Part shown: positions 42,131-55,120 of the stretch, one piece after another | Layout: every line of letters begins with the position of its first letter | Numbering within the stretch: the stretch's first letter is position 1 | NCBI RefSeq assembly: GCF_006345805.1 | Contig: NC_042997.1 | Span: 2,976,001 to 3,040,000 of the forward strand | Origin: Octopus sinensis | Taxonomy: Eukaryota | DNA length: 64,000 nucleotides | Direction: 5' to 3' | The notes under the pieces: model-generated | Database searches by the model: none | Told to the model about the DNA's origin: nothing | What the model saw: only the letters and a program-made list of their open reading frames with translations | Program-made: the position numbers and the translations under genes

Positions 42131-42214
42131 TAACGAAGTTTATAAACGTAGCCGTATAGAGATTTGTCGACACACACTTCACCATATTATACGAAATAGC
42201 CCGGCAATGGGAAA

Positions 42215-42445
42215 AGGTGAATATTTTTGTTGGGTCTTGGGAGCAATATCAAAAAACATGAAGAGGAATATAAAGGAAATTGGAGTAGAGTGCCCAGAAA
42301 ACTGTTACAAAAGTTTGCCTCCTTGGCACGTCCAAATCGAGAGAGCTTTATATAGCTGAAAAGAACGGATAGAGTGGTACCGTAAGCTGCAGCTAGTAAG
42401 CCAGTCACGCATGCAAGACTCCAGGAGCTGCAGCAAAACCTCTGA
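42215..42445 (+). mobile_element. R4/Dong-like LINE extreme 3' end plus UTR
   Basis: LGAISKNMKRNIKEIGVECP then, after a frameshift, LLQKFASL/CLLGTSK. Similar to 42915-43075 and to the ends of the copies at 2190-3832. Confidence 0.7.
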
Positions 42446-42499
42446 TAAAGAGAAAATACCACAGATTTGTATGTCAGATTTTTTGAGTTTATCCAGCTG

Positions 42500-42890
42500 A
42501 GATGTCCCTTAATGAATGACGATATGAGCTTCTCTGATCACGAGCAGAAGTAGTTGGGGAGCATCATAGCCACGTGTTGAGAGTAGTTTAGGGTTTCGAT
42601 AATTCAACTCTGGAAACTTGGGCGTTTTATTTAACATCCTTAAAAGACTCTTATTCAGGGAACTTCGTGAAGGATGGGCTACTCTCAATGAAGAAAATTG
42701 TAACCTATCCCCCACCTTGAAGGTCATGTGCTGTTTTTCATGATATAAGATCACTATGTCGTGCACATGTAGTTGTGATGCATGCCCCTTGTGTAACTTT
42801 ATCCGACAGGTAGTCATGATGTGTATACTGGGCTTCGTATATTTTACTCCTGTGTCACATTTATGGCATACACTCAAAAACAATAATCTG
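42500..42890 (+). mobile_element. Unclassified interspersed repeat, probably a retroposon 3' region
   Basis: Higher-GC block ending ...gggcttcgtatattttactcctgtgtcac...cactcaaaaacaataat. Recalled as a common octopus repeat but present only once here. Confidence 0.4.
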
Positions 42891-42914
42891 CTTTGGAAAC
42901 AATAATCAAATATA

Positions 42915-43075
42915 TAGACAAATGGCTGAAAGAGATTGAAATAGTATGTCCAGTGGAGCTTCTACAGCAAGTTTGTCTCTTAGGGACAGCAAGGATTAAA
43001 AAGGAGTGTTCAAAGAACTGGGAAGACCGTTGAAAACTTGCGGATACCTAAGGTTACAGGTAGTAATCCGCTATT
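42915..43075 (+). mobile_element. R4/Dong-like LINE extreme 3' end plus UTR
   Basis: KWLKEIEIVCPVELLQQVCLLGTARI followed by a 3' UTR similar to 42375-42405. Confidence 0.8.
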
Positions 43076-43628
43076 TACGTAATTTTTACCAGGAATAAGA
43101 CCAAATCTGAGTCAAACTAATATAACAACTAGTTCTTCAGATACTTTGCCAGTTACTTGATATGTCTATGGTATTTCTGTAGTGAACCGTACATAATAAT
43201 AGAAGCAAAAACACACTCGAATACGTATGTATACGAAAGAAAGAGCGCAGTTATGCTTAACCATGGAGAAGTAAACACATTTTAATAACCTTCTAGTCCT
43301 TAACATAGGGGGAGATATCTCAGATATCGCCCACAACTAACCGAAAGGCAATCATAAATTTACAAAAGAACTCTTTTAAAATTTAAAGAGAAGGTGGATT
43401 GAACTAAATTGATAAATATCTTCCCAATGAAACAATGTCATTTCAATATGGATTATCGGTTTTTACAATAGCTTGTTAATTATTCTGTTCTCACCGCACA
43501 TTTGGCAACACGAAAGTTCTATTTTCTCTTTTCCTTTTTACGTTCTGATATTTCAGTACACCTTTCAAAAGTTGAATTTATGTGATACATGTATTCTCCG
43601 TGTATGCACTTTCACGTGTATAAATACG

Positions 43629-43720
<92 letters not shown>

Positions 43721-43886
43721 GTGTGTGTGTTGTGTGTGTGTGTTTGTGTGTGTATGTATGCATGCATATGTATATATATATACGTATTTATATATATGTA
43801 TGTACACATATATATGTATATATATATATATATATATATGTTTATATATACATGTATGTACGTATATATGTATATATATATACATA

Positions 43887-43942
<56 letters not shown>

Positions 43943-43981
43943 CGCATATTCATATATATATATACATATACATACGCATAT

Positions 43982-44080
<99 letters not shown>

Positions 44081-45110
44081 GTATATATATATATATAAAT
44101 GTATGTATACACACAGACACACACATATAATTTGTTATGCCTTTGTTTTTGTGCCATTCATTATATTCTGATGCATTGTCTAATGCTCTTTTTTCATGCT
44201 TTCTTCTTCATCATTTTTTTCTCATTTCCTTAATGGATTTTAAGTTAGATATTTTTGAATAGTATTGAAAACTGAAACTAACAAATGTAATCTTACGTCT
44301 CCTGGATTTTCTTCAATATGCTCTCAAAAGCCATTAAATCTGATATGTCTGGAATGACTGCTGTATAGCAGATGATGAGCATTCTATCTAATAACGCTGT
44401 CTATTTCTTCTGTTACGTCTCTGTATTCGTCGATGCATTAGTTATTCATTTTTCAGAAGCATCCTTTAAGTTGTTCACACAGGAACACAGTTAAGAGTAT
44501 AACTCAGTATACATATATAATTATGAATATACAAACTGTTTAACATGTATTCAAAAGTTCCCAGCGTATCATTGCAAGTATTATATAGGGAATAATCGTT
44601 GTCATATTTTATAATGATACGTGTACTTATATATCTTTCAGCTACAATACTTACTTGTAAAATATTTTATCCTATACTATCATTCAATTTCCATTAGTTT
44701 TTGCTTATATTCTACCTTGCTATGCATTTCACAATCCATGAATGAGTATCATTTCAGCGTTGTACATATTGGTCGTGGTGATGTACATCAATCTCACAAA
44801 TAAGAGAACGTATTCACGCCGGAATATTAATCTCTTTTTGATGTCATTTATCTTCATTTTACACAGGTCGCTATTGTTTATCCAACATGTTTTTAGAACT
44901 TTTTTAGAGTAAAAATGAGAGACAAGGACAAGCAGAAACACAGAAAATGCTCCTTTTATTTGAATACCATGCAAATATTTTTTTTAAGTTTTAATTTAAT
45001 TTTTCCAAAATTTAATCGTTTTCCATACTTAGAGTTGAGAAAGTATCAATGACTGAAACCAGTACGAAAATGTTTTATATGATACAACTATTTTGGCATT
45101 TTTTACCTTG

Positions 45111-45157
45111 GCTTACAACTGTTTCCGGTATATTTCATATATTCCTTCATCAGAGAC
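45111..45157 (-). ncRNA. Minimal hammerhead ribozyme motif with intact core
   Basis: Minus strand reads gtct-CTGATGA-aggaatatatgaaatataccg-GAAAC-agtt-GTA-ag. Stems I and II are imperfect. Confidence 0.6.
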
Positions 45158-45402
45158 GGTGCGAGAATATATTTAAATAATAATTATTTTAGAGAAGATA
45201 TGAAACACAGATGGAAGTGAAGGAATGAAAATAGAAGTGAGATGCACAAGGATATTATATTTGCAGTTCCTTATGCATCTCACTTCTATCTTCATTCTTT
45301 CACTTCCCTCTGTATTTCATATCGTCTCTACAATAATCATTACTGAAACATTTTCTCGCACAGTCGTTGATGCGAGAAATATCCTGGTAACAGCTGTATG
45401 AC
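45111..45402. mobile_element. About 290-bp fold-back element with hammerhead cores at the arm ends
   Basis: gtgcgagaa...atgaaa...ggaagtgaaggaatgaaaatagaagtgagatgca pairs with tgcatctcacttctatcttcattctttcacttcc...tttcat...ttctcgcac. The centre is near 45260. Confidence 0.85.
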
Positions 45403-45949
45403 CTTCCATTATAAATCGTTTGAAAACTATTCTCAGCCAGGGATTTTTTATCACATTTTGTCAATTTATACACACACACACACACACACACATATATGTA
45501 TATATACATATATATATATATACATACACATATATACATACATATATATACATACATACATGCATATATATGTGTGTGTGTGTATACATATACATTTATA
45601 ATCCTTCATCTGGAATAACAGAGAAAAGGGAACAACTCGTCGAGTACGTTTCTTTTATGTCGAAGATGATGTTTGATTTCAGTGTCTTTCTGCAGTTGAG
45701 AACGTAAACAATATGTATTACGTACCACAAATTATTGGTCGTGTATATTTGCTGACTGAGTAAATCTATGTCGGTGTTTATAGAAAACATGGAAACTTTC
45801 TTGAAGGAATAATAAGGCATTTTTTAGAGAGTATCGGTTGAAGTTTTGCTTCATTTTTTGTCTTAAATGCTGAATGGGTTTTCTTTTTCTTTTAGATTTG
45901 TCATGTATATGTATGAGTAAGGGTCGAATGGTAGAATTATTGGAATGTC

Positions 45950-46005
<56 letters not shown>

Positions 46006-46042
46006 GATATATATAAAAGTAGATAAATGGTACAAGGCACCA

Positions 46043-47465
46043 ATATTATTAAGTATACTGATATATTTATATCAAGAGTTTTAATGTGTGTAAGCATGCA
46101 TGTATGTATACTTACATGTGTGTTTATATGTATATTTATATGAGAGCATACATAAGTACACACACACACATATATGTATTTATGTTTGTATATATATATA
46201 CATATATATATCATTTGTCTAAATATATATATGTATATACATTACATATACATATATATATATATACACGTGTGTGTGTATTTAAATATGATTACCTTAA
46301 ATAATTAAGATTCGTGATACAGAATAAAATAAATAAGACTAATATACTAAGATAGCAGATGTAAATAAGAAACCCAAATATATTTCCTTTGCAGACAAGT
46401 ATCTCAGAGCAATTTAATGCTAAAATATTATATCAGAATACGTGTTTTATAATCCATATCTTTTTTTATTTCTGGAGAAAGGAAAAAGAAACATATTTTG
46501 GCAAGATTATTCAATCAATATGTTGGCAGTTCTTAATACGGGCGGTCGTATTCGATTGTTATGTGCCGTTTGATAGTGTAAGCACTTGATGTGCATTTGC
46601 TAAAAACATATCAATATTCTAAGCTGTTCTTCGTATATTTTGTATCTATATGTATGTGTGTATGTATGTGTATACACTTGTACATAAACTCCTCTATACG
46701 CACGTCTGTGTTTGTCCATGCGTGTACATATACATGTGAGTGTGTGTATGTGTGTGTATGGGCGTGTTCATATGAGTGTGTGTTTGTGTGTGAGTGTGTG
46801 TGTGCAAATTATACTCATCCAAACTCGTACTGTACAACCTGCTACATTTATAGTATGCCACGAAAACATAATAATAAGCGTAAATTTACATTTCTGCTGT
46901 ATATAAAATATAACTGCGTGTTCGTCTTCGTTTCGCACAGTTTGTGATGGGAAATGGGTTGAGTAATGTAGTCAGTAACAATAACCAGAAACTTTAATGG
47001 ATAAAATAATGCATCTTACATTCGAATGAAAGAAAACCATAAATCGATACTACATATATCTCTGTGAAGTTAGACAAAAATATTGAAAGGGAAACTGCAA
47101 ATTTTCTGAATTTGAACATCATGTTTTATCTCACATATGGAATACTAATATAGATACGTGAGCGCACAATACACGCATACATGCATACACACATATTAAT
47201 AAGTATACTGATATATTTATATCTATATGAGTTTTAATGTGTGTTTAAGAATGCATGTATGTATACGTACATGTGTGTTTATATGTATATGCATATGTTA
47301 GCATATATAAGTGCACACATACGCGCACACACACATATATGTTTCTATGTTTGTATGTATATATACATATATATAATTTGTATGAATATATATATTTCTA
47401 TATACACCTATACATATATACTACATATGTGTGTATGTCTCTGCACGAATGCATTTAAGTGTGTG
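46043..47465 (+). repeat. Diverged direct duplication of about 250 bp (46043-46290 and 47193-47465)
   Basis: Both begin atatta(t/a)taagtatactgatatatttatatc...gagttttaatgtgtg...atgcatgtatgtatac.tacatgtgtgtttatatgtatat. Confidence 0.8.
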
Positions 47466-47604
47466 ACAGTGTGGAGAGTCCCAAAAAGATCGTACGACAT
47501 TAAATACTTATAAAGTCAGAATTTATTACAGTGCATTTCGCTTACAAATTTTAAAAGAATCTTCAAAAAAATTTCAATTTTCTACGAAAGCCTAACTTCA
47601 AACT

Positions 47605-48450
47605 AAAGACACTTCCTGTCCTGGCACTGTAGACGGCGCGGAGTGATAGACTTGTAAACATCAAGGAACACTTCGTTCAGTATTTATGCACATTCTTTTT
47701 CAATGCTTGTCCTCAATGCGGCTTTTACTTATTCTGTGTTTAGTGTTTTCTAGTTCTATGAATGTATAGCGCATTCTAGTGAACTGCTCCGGCCACACTG
47801 CCTCTACATCCAAATTTCATTTATGTAACCTGTTACATTACTATGGTGCTGTAATGCCGATACATGTTGAAAGTACAACTCCAAATCTTCAAAATCCTCT
47901 TGACGTCTTCGCATGATAGATACTCGCAGCAATTTGAAGTAAATGGGATCACTCATATGAGTTGTCCAGTATACTGTTTTGATGATAAATCGTTCTATAC
48001 AATAATTGTAGGTAAATTAACAAGATATTCCTTAGGCCATTAACCGAGCTATTAGAATTACATGTATACACATCACTCGCAACACTTCTTGCTTGAAAGT
48101 TTGAATCTTTACTTATTTTGCCGACAACCACTTACAACATTCTGCCCAGCAAACCTGATCTCCGAAAGTAAGAGCGTGGATTTTTGTTGAAATGTAAATT
48201 TTCCAATGACGATGCTTCAAAGGGCAATGGGTGCTTGATGCTTAGGGCATGGATTTTCTTGTACTCTGACAACAGGTTTATAAAACACTTTCTGACACTG
48301 TGGTGCTCGTCTATGTTCTAAGTTTTCCGGAACGCTTTGCGTACACATTCTCAACCCCTCCCACTGCTTCGTTGCATTTTAAATTCTCCAATACAACTTG
48401 ACGAAAATTTTATTTCATTGAAAGCCGTATTTTCTGGGTTACATCCATGG
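47605..48450 (-). mobile_element. Decayed Tc1/mariner transposase, rosa/DD41D-like
   Basis: N-terminal FNEIKF..KLYWRI, catalytic region EDFEDLELYFQHVSALQHHSNVTGYINE..RQCGR (resembling FQQDGAPPH...V..YLNE...RWIGR), and C-terminal LRTSIEKECA*ILNEVFLDVYKSITPRRLQC. Confidence 0.7.
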
Positions 48451-49074
48451 TTTGCATGCAAAATGTTATAAAATTTAAGTCACTAACAACTAAATTGTCT
48501 ATACAGCTTCCATACACATACACACGCACATAGACAAACACACAGACACACACGTACACACACACATACACACACACGTATATGTATTTATCTATGTGTG
48601 CTGCATTGCGAGCGCGTCGTGTGTGTGTCTTTATTAGTTGAGACTGAAGCGTATAGAAACTCCTATGTCACTTGACGGAATTCCGATACTGATGAGACTA
48701 AAGTAGCCTCATGTGCGGAGCTTGATGCCTGCATCTGATAGGACAAAACATGCAGGTAAGACATGAGTCGAGTAGATATTCAAGACGTTCAATATTATCG
48801 GAAAGGAGGTGTTACAGTGGTTAATGAGTTAGAAAAGAATGTGTTGCACCTAGATTGTGCGACATGCAGGACCAAATTGTTCACATGCGAGACCAAGAGT
48901 CCCCAAGGAGCATATGCCGTTATAATAGTGACATAAAAGGAGGAGATAAAGGTTACAAAGCATTTGTGCAACAAAATCGAGAGTTTCCCTTAGTAATGCA
49001 GTGTGAATTATTAGTGAAAGTATAACTCATTATTTATTAAATTTTCATTATTTAATCTCTTTAAAACTTTTAAA

Positions 49075-49390
49075 ATTCTTCCAAAGAGCTCCATACAGCG
49101 ACGTCTGCACCCGTTTTCACAGTTTAAGTACGGTTGAGCGACCGTAATGATGTCTCGACTGAAACAGAATTTAACATTGTCGTATTTGAGCTCCCATATC
49201 TTCGTGGCTAGAGACGTTCTTCCATCCCTATGTCTTCAATTAAAGGAAGCATAGTAGTTACGTAAGAGTCCCTTCAGCTGTCGGAGGAGCCGATATAGGT
49301 ATAAGTATTTGTCTGAGTTACATTATCACATTTGTAAACCACTTTTACGTCTAGAAAAGAACCAAAAATGGGGCAAGCTGCTTTGTATAA
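49075..49390 (-). pseudogene. Penelope-like GIY-YIG endonuclease remnant
   Basis: KAACPIFGSFLDVKVVYKCDNVTQTNTYTYIGSS, NYYASFN*RHRDGRTSLATKIWELKYDNVKF, and DIITVAQPYLNCENGC match the CP..G.C....VVY...YIG...NH..SF...T.L...IWELK pattern. Confidence 0.85.
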
Positions 49391-50129
49391 ATAATTGCAT
49401 CCAATATTTTTTCAATATTTGAGATTTGTATTTCGAGTACGCGATCCAAAGTAATGATGGCGTAATAGTTCATTCTTAATATGACTTCACCTAGGTTCCC
49501 ATTGCTCTAAGTCTGCTATAATAAAATATTACCTACATCTCACTCCAGCCTACCTAAAAATCAATCTAGCAAACTCCTATCTCACACGAGTCGCTGACAT
49601 TGGATATCATATCTCACACTTTCAAAAACGATGTTTTTAGCCTCAACGGCCGATTTTAATGCTCCGTCTAACATCCCATATTTGTCCTCCGCAGATTTCA
49701 GCCACATCCCTGATTTAGTATTGATATATTCTCTTGTTTGTAAAATTACGTTTCATCTGATGATTACGGTTCTTTGTAATGAGCTGATAATTATCAATTG
49801 GCTGTTATGCTTCATTTGATTATGACACGTCAAGGGGATTTAGTACTTGTCGGACACCCTAGAGTAAAACTAGATTTAATTGCCGGACACACCTAGTGAA
49901 TATACATGGGGTTGGTTTTCACTGTGTACAAAACCGGAATATCTTATTTGATACATACCAAAAATAGGCCGGAACCACAGGTATATCCAAGTTTACCTGT
50001 TTCATATCTTTTCAAGTACCTGATTCTATCTGAATCCTTTTTTACCACACACACACACACACACACACGAACACACACGTACACACACACATATGTATAT
50101 ATATATATATATGAACATTAGTTTCAAGG

Positions 50130-50480
50130 TTCATCGAAGGCTTGTACCACGGGACATACGTCCCCTGCCTAATTCAGGATCACAACATATCACACTGTGA
50201 TATAATTTCTTTTCCTCAACAGGCCCTGCCCTGTTCAACATTGACCCAAAACTGATCAAAGTGAAAAAGGATCCCACCACCCTTTAACGAAGTCTGGATT
50301 GTTTTCTTCAAGGAATATCAGATAAGCCACCCATACCAGGAAACTGCTCACTCAATAAGAACTCACTTCTTGAACGGATCATAAACAAAACTCGACTTAA
50401 AAAGGATTTAGATAATCCTATTAAGTGGTGCTATTTTGTTAGACATGGCCTGGACCGAACTTTGGTCGAAACATATCTAA

Positions 50481-50481
<1 letters not shown>
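50130..50481 (+). mobile_element. CR1/L2-group LINE 3' end with terminal stem-loop
   Basis: NFFSSTGPALFNIDPKLIK...RSLDCFLQGISDKPPIPGNCSLNKNSLLE, then 3' UTR ggcctggaccgaactttggtcgaaacatatctaag followed by (TA)n. Confidence 0.75.
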
Positions 50482-50540
<59 letters not shown>

Positions 50541-52204
50541 ATAATAATGCAATACAAACTTTCCAGTAAATGATAGCCCCATAAGGGTAAAATTATACAT
50601 ATAAAAGTAGATATCTTCACATACGCTAAACGCAGGAAATAGGTGACGAGGCAGCACACCTACACTGAGAATGTGTGGTCGATAATGTTTACATCACTAA
50701 CGCTAGTAGTTTACAGCATTAAAGCTAAATAATATGCGAATTTATTCTTACGTATGCATCTTTGTGACATATCAGCAAATTAATTTTATACTATTTGTAT
50801 ATAATCATAGACTGGCGGTTCAATTCGCTTCGGATTTCCTGTAGGTACGCGAAATTGATAATCGCTAAAAATGGCGTCCATAGCTCCTGAAAACGATTTA
50901 GGGCGAGTTGTTTTGCCTGTCTGTCAGTTCTTCTAGCAACCGGTAATTTGAAGGAGCCATCCCCACCGAGCTGATATGCATCCTACTGGCGAACTAGCGG
51001 GGTGTGTGCATAAAATATATGAAGTCCGTAATGTTTATGTAAGCGCATTCATACTTACTTACACGCTCGCACCACACCCCCACACACACACATACACACA
51101 CACACACACACCACACACACACACACAAATATATATGCATTTGTGTGCATATCTTTTTTAAATACCAACAGTTCGAGGAGTGTAAATTCATTTACGTAGA
51201 ATGAGTTGTCTTTTATGGATTTAGTCAAGTGTACTTTAAATCCATTTTACTGAAATCTAAAGTAAATTAATCGATTTCTTAATGTGTAAACAATGTCATT
51301 GTTTTTTTTTACTTCTAACATCGAGGAAATTAATTTCAAGAAAAGTAATATGGTTTTAGGAAGTAAGGATAGAGTTTTAGCAAAACATCATTTCACAAAG
51401 AAATTATTGAGCTATTAAACCAGAGTTTACTTCGCTCAGTTAATGGTATATACCTATACCATTCATTAGATAAATATGCACAGGCATTATATATATATAT
51501 ACACGCACATAAACAGACACACATATTTATATAATGTGTGTGAAAGAGAGAGATAGAAAAAAAATTTATAATGTTTATCTTTCTCAACATGAATTATTTC
51601 CCTTGTCTTATTTTCCGAATTAATTCTTTTCATTGTTCAATAATGCTAGTTTTAATGATTTTTGTTTTTTCTCACTGCTTATTTATGCCAAACGATATTA
51701 AACATGCTGCTTGAAAAACCTATTAGTGTTGACCTACTTAATGCTTGCAGCGTTGTAAAATCTTTAGGTGAGGAATAATTTCCTCTCATATTGTTAGTAT
51801 TGTTGAACATATTTATTGACAGATTACTTTCTCAAAGATTTCACCGTAGAATGTTTCTTTCATGTACTATGGTATATTTCTTTTATTTTTTCCTCCCTTT
51901 TTACTTAGTTTACTGCTCGATGCTGCCCTACTTAATATGTTTATGTCTTCGCCTTATTTCTCTGAGATTTCCTGTGTAACATCGATTTTTCATTATATCA
52001 GTAAAGCTGTTTTCTATTTACCTTCTTCGCTAAGAAACCTAAGTAGGTGTATAGAGTTGTGATGATATGTAAATTGGTTGGCCACCACGAGTTTTGTTTT
52101 TGTTTTTTTTTTCTTCATAATTCTAAGAATCATCAACAATATTTTATTACAGTCCCTTAGCTATTGGTCTGCTGTTACCGTGCTTGTTAACGTCATAGTT
52201 GCCA

Positions 52205-52315
52205 CTACGACTACTACTATTACTACAACAACAACAACAACAACTACTACTACTACTACTACTCCTGCTGCTGCTGCTGCTTCTATCGCCGTTACTGATG
52301 TTGCTTCTGTCGCCG

Positions 52316-52354
<39 letters not shown>

Positions 52355-52420
52355 ATACTACTACTAATACTAATACTACTACTAATACTACTACTACTAC
52401 TACAAAAACTACTACTATTA
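52205..52420 (+). repeat. (ACT)n/(ACA)n/(GCT)n compound trinucleotide tract, continuing as (ACT)n at 52681-52780
   Basis: Direct reading. Confidence 0.95.
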
Positions 52421-52425
52421 AATAA

Positions 52426-52678
52426 ATGCGCCCTTTCAAAGCCTAGCCAGGCGCATGGGCCCGGTTTCCCGGTTTCAATGGCGCATGTATTCCCCAGAAA
52501 GACGGGACGCCAGTCAGTCCATCGCAGCGTTACTCATATTTGGCTGCTGTGTGGTCTGGAGCGACGTGAAATGAAGTATTTTGCTCAAGAACACGACGCG
52601 TCGACCGGTCCAGGAATCAAAACCACAATCTTACAATCATGATGCTGACACCCTAACCACTAAGCCACGTGCCTCCAC
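52426..52678 (-). mobile_element. tRNA-derived SINE family C, full-length
   Basis: Minus strand reads gtggaggcacg-TGGCTTAGTGG-ttagggtg...gtgGTTTTGATTCC-tggacc...gtgttcttgagcaaaatacttcat...gctgcgatggactg. Confidence 0.85.
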
Positions 52679-52703
52679 ACTACTACTACTACTACTACTA
52701 CTA

Positions 52704-52739
<36 letters not shown>

Positions 52740-52840
52740 CGCTACTACTATTATTACTACTACTACAACTACTACTACATACCTATTTATCTATCTACAC
52801 ACACACATATATGCATGTACTATTATCAATATTACTACTA

Positions 52841-52932
52841 AAGCGACAGCCGTAGAATCGCTAGCTCCCCGGGCGAATTGCTTAGCTGTATTTCGTCTGC
52901 TCCTACATCCTGAGTTCAAATTTTACCGGAGG
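52841..52932 (+). mobile_element. SINE family B, 5' part
   Basis: ccgggcgaattgcttagctgtatttcgtctgctcctacatcctgagttcaaatt matches the reverse complement of 62980-63033. Confidence 0.75.
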
Positions 52933-53283
52933 AGAAAGACAGTTTGTTATTACTAACAAAAACAAATTTGAACGTATACGAAAGAAATAAGAAATAGTTT
53001 TTGATATGAGTACAATAGACTGACACGTCGTCAGTATTTAAAAACGTATTACTTGATTAGCCACGGGATAAATTAGAGATATTTTTAACTCTAGTATTAA
53101 AACACATTAAATGAACGTTGCACGTAAACTTCATAGCGTATTTTTTTATGACCACAGTAAAGATAAAAGAGAATGTCAAATTTTTCGAGAATATATATGC
53201 TTGCATATAACATATAATTACTGAAATGTATTTTATCTCTCACTTCAAACAATATGTCCTCCCACAACAAGGTTCAAATATGT

Positions 53284-53390
53284 AGTCGATTTAATTATCC
53301 CATGTATATAACTGGTAATTATTCTATTTACAAAATGGACAACAAAAACAATCTCCTAGCAGTGTTTGAACATACAAAACGAAAGATCGC
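53284..53390 (-). mobile_element. SINE family B, decayed fragment
   Basis: agtcgatttaattatccca...aactggtaattattctat...tttgaacatacaaaacg parallels 62898-62996. Confidence 0.45.
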
Positions 53391-54630
53391 AATTAGACAC
53401 TACAAGTCATGCTGTCCTCTTGTATAAAATTTCCACCTCTCGTCAAACAAATATCTTTCAAAATGTCACATTTTCAATGCACTTAATCCACTGTGAAGAT
53501 GTTTGTAAATTTCTCTCCTTTCATTCTTTATTAACATCTTCATTTGTTGAAAAATGAGTAATTTCATGCGTCACATGGAAGCATTAATCATGCCATTGAT
53601 TCGATTTTATGATGATGTTGACGACGACGAATACAACGACGACGTGGGTTACGATGAAGGCGGCGCTGACGACGACAATGATCACGAGGATTATAAAGGC
53701 GAAGAAGACGATGATGATGGTATTAATGGTGGTAAGAATGTCCATGTGAATGGTATTAGCTTAACGGCAGTCTGCGCTGCTTAGATTAATAACATCAACA
53801 GCAGTAACAGCGACAAGAGAATTTCATAAATCTGGTTTAAAGAAGTAGTAATAATGCAAAAGGCTTTGTGGAATTTCCTTTGGGACTGTCTGTTGTGGCT
53901 GCATTAAAAAAACAAATGGATGATTACGTGGAATTGTTGCAAGTTTAATTTGTCACTGTATTCTCATAGGCCTGTCGCTTTCGTGTAGGATTTCTCACCA
54001 AATCCAATTCTTCATCAAATTCTATGTCTCCGCATGATGAAGGTTTGCATGATGTCATTGTCCAATATTATTAACATATCATGTTATTAAAACGGACGTA
54101 GTTTTATTAGAGCTGTTTTGCTTTAAATTTTTCTAATGTAAAATTGTTTGGTAGATTATTATCTATTCTGCACGCATTCCGACTGAATTTCAAACACAGG
54201 TTAAGGTCATTTCAATATTTTATATGCGGTAAAATTTGGGTGAAGCCGGTTGCAATAGTACGTGGTCATATTTTCTTCATTGCATAAACCAGAATATATC
54301 AAATGACACACTGATTATAAATTCAGTATTTAGTAAAAAAAAATGCCACTAATGTAAAGAACACCACACTAGTTGTATTTCCAATCTATGAAACACGCAA
54401 TAAAAGACATTGTTGTAGATGCACAAGGCCCCATTTACTGGTGGTGTGGATTTGTTTTACGTTATTCGATGGACACTAGTATTATACGAATACTTACTGT
54501 TCTCGACCGATAAAGAAGAGATTATTCAGTTCGGAACATAAAGAACAATAACTAAATATTAGAAGGCATCTTATAAAATAAATCCATGTATTTCAAATAT
54601 ATATACATGCATACATGCATACACCCTCCC

Positions 54631-54720
<90 letters not shown>

Positions 54721-54728
54721 ATATATAT

Positions 54729-54763
<35 letters not shown>

Positions 54764-55083
54764 TGTATGTATGAATACGTGTGTGTCTGCGTGCATATAT
54801 ATATAGGCGACTGGACATAATATGTAATCAAATGATGAGTTCATATTTAAGCACGAGAAACAAATCGTACAATTTATTATATTTATACCGTTGGTACTAA
54901 TAAAATGACCACTAGTGCTATTAAATAATATACATTACTTAGTATATAAGACGAAATATTCGTTACCATCATTGTCTATAGACACAATGTGTTATTAGTC
55001 ATCTATAATGCGATGAAACAATTGTAACCCATGAAGTTTAATATATGTTAAAATCTAATGTTCATATGCACATATGTGTCTGA

Positions 55084-55120
<37 letters not shown>

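Noticed and set aside
43473-44171. Longest ORF (232 aa) and the many YI, CV, HT, poly-L, poly-V and poly-M ORFs
   Set aside because: These are translations of microsatellites that lack stop codons. They are not genes.
53554-53784. Acidic Asp-rich ORF
   Set aside because: Degenerate (GAT/GAC)n microsatellite.
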